Source of the DNA: Lama glama
Lineage: Eukaryota
DNA length: 64,000 nucleotides
Direction: 5' to 3'
Assembly (NCBI GenBank): GCA_028534125.1
Contig: CM052817.1
Span: 89,406,001 to 89,470,000, forward strand
A program made the position numbers and the translations under genes. The notes beneath the pieces are model-generated. The model made no database searches and was not told the origin of the DNA. It was given only the letters and a program-made list of their open reading frames with translations. Below are positions 63,025-64,000 of the stretch, piece after piece; positions within the stretch are counted from its first letter, which is position 1; each line of letters begins with the position of its first letter.

Positions 63025-64000
63025 CTTAAATAACTTTAATTCAAAATAATCAATTGCCATTGAGACATATTTTTGGGCGGCCTGCCCTGGGCCCCAACAA
63101 AAGGTACTTTTTCTTTCACAGAAGTCTCCTATTTTTTCCCAACCCCTCTGCTGCTCCTGTGTTTCTTTATCTTTCCCTGACTCACATTGGCTCTCTGGGA
63201 GAGGGTGTGGTGGGTAGTTTGTTTAGTTAGTGAATTTCCCTATAAAAAAGAACCAGTAACACATTACTTGCCCTCTTGGAGGACACAGGCTTACCTGTCT
63301 TGTGGCCTGGCCCTGTGCCCACTTCATGTCTCAGCCCAGATTCACCTCTATGAGTAAATTCTCTTCCACACACTATGTAGTTAGGAAAGCAAACATGATC
63401 AAGAAGCCTGACTGGGAATAACTGAGAACTTGGATGAGAGGCTGTGCCTCCATAGAAGGTGACTTGGAAAAAGGCAAACAAACAAGGTGTTAAACCGATA
63501 AATAATACAGAAAGGGAAACCAAAGTGCCATATAATTTACATTTTTCTTACAGAAAAGAAAATCAGCCCTTCCTATCTGGATTACGAGCAAAGCTGATAC
63601 GACTGAGAAATGACCCAGAACTCCTGGGTAATTGACATGCCTTTCTCACCAGCTGATGTTACTCATTTAAAGGCTTCTTTCCCCTGTGACTCTAGAAGGC
63701 CACAGAAGCACTCAGTGGCATGTTATTGGCTCAAAACCCCACAGCTGGGGGGTGCCCACCGTACTGCATGGACTTACGCAAACAGCAGACTTTGCTCCTT
63801 AGATGAGATAAGCACATCCGTCCACAAGATCACCACATTAAGGCGTATGGTGGGCAAGGAAGCCAACTGTCTGCCACTCCCCACAACCATGAAAGTCTAA
63901 GGGCATCAGAGTCCTAAAAGGGGCTGGGGCTCCTGAGGGTAGTACTGAAGCCTATGCTAACGGTCAGCTGGGAGGAGCTGCAGTGGTGCACCCGGAAGAG

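Larger units (their letters stand above)
61588..63099 (-). mobile_element. ERV1-class LTR hosting two nested LTR insertions
   Basis: TGTCAGG..CCCCAACA termini; host pieces at 61588-61798, 62333-62590 and 63025-63099; TSD-like AGAG/AAAG. Confidence 0.75.

Noticed and set aside
1..64000. CRISPR array, operon or defence-type novel system
   Set aside because: The sequence is mammalian repeat-rich DNA, with no regularly spaced repeat-spacer array and no intact gene cluster.

Overview
This is AT-rich mammalian non-coding DNA, either intergenic or deep intron. It is probably camelid, judging by two copies of a Vic-1-like tRNA-derived SINE. I found no credible intact protein-coding exon; the listed ORFs are decayed L1 ORF1/ORF2 pieces, LTR sequence, chance ORFs or N-gap artefacts. 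The window is dominated by retroelements. The left half holds several L1 LINEs, two of which keep both ends but have large internal deletions. The right half holds a dense set of ERV solo LTRs, some nested. MaLR (MLT1), L2, MIR and hAT MER fossils are scattered throughout. The only gene-derived feature is a 3'-truncated processed RAN pseudogene (38094-39336), split by a young, probably full-length L1 that carries an apparent 3' transduction and spans an assembly gap. Other notable structures are further candidate 3' transductions, a probable prematurely polyadenylated L1 mini-insertion, a head-to-head LTR chimera, a perfect 17-bp-arm palindrome and microsatellites arising three times at the same L1 position. 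I see no evidence of a new multi-gene biological system. Repeat family names come from recognition by eye and need RepeatMasker/Dfam confirmation.
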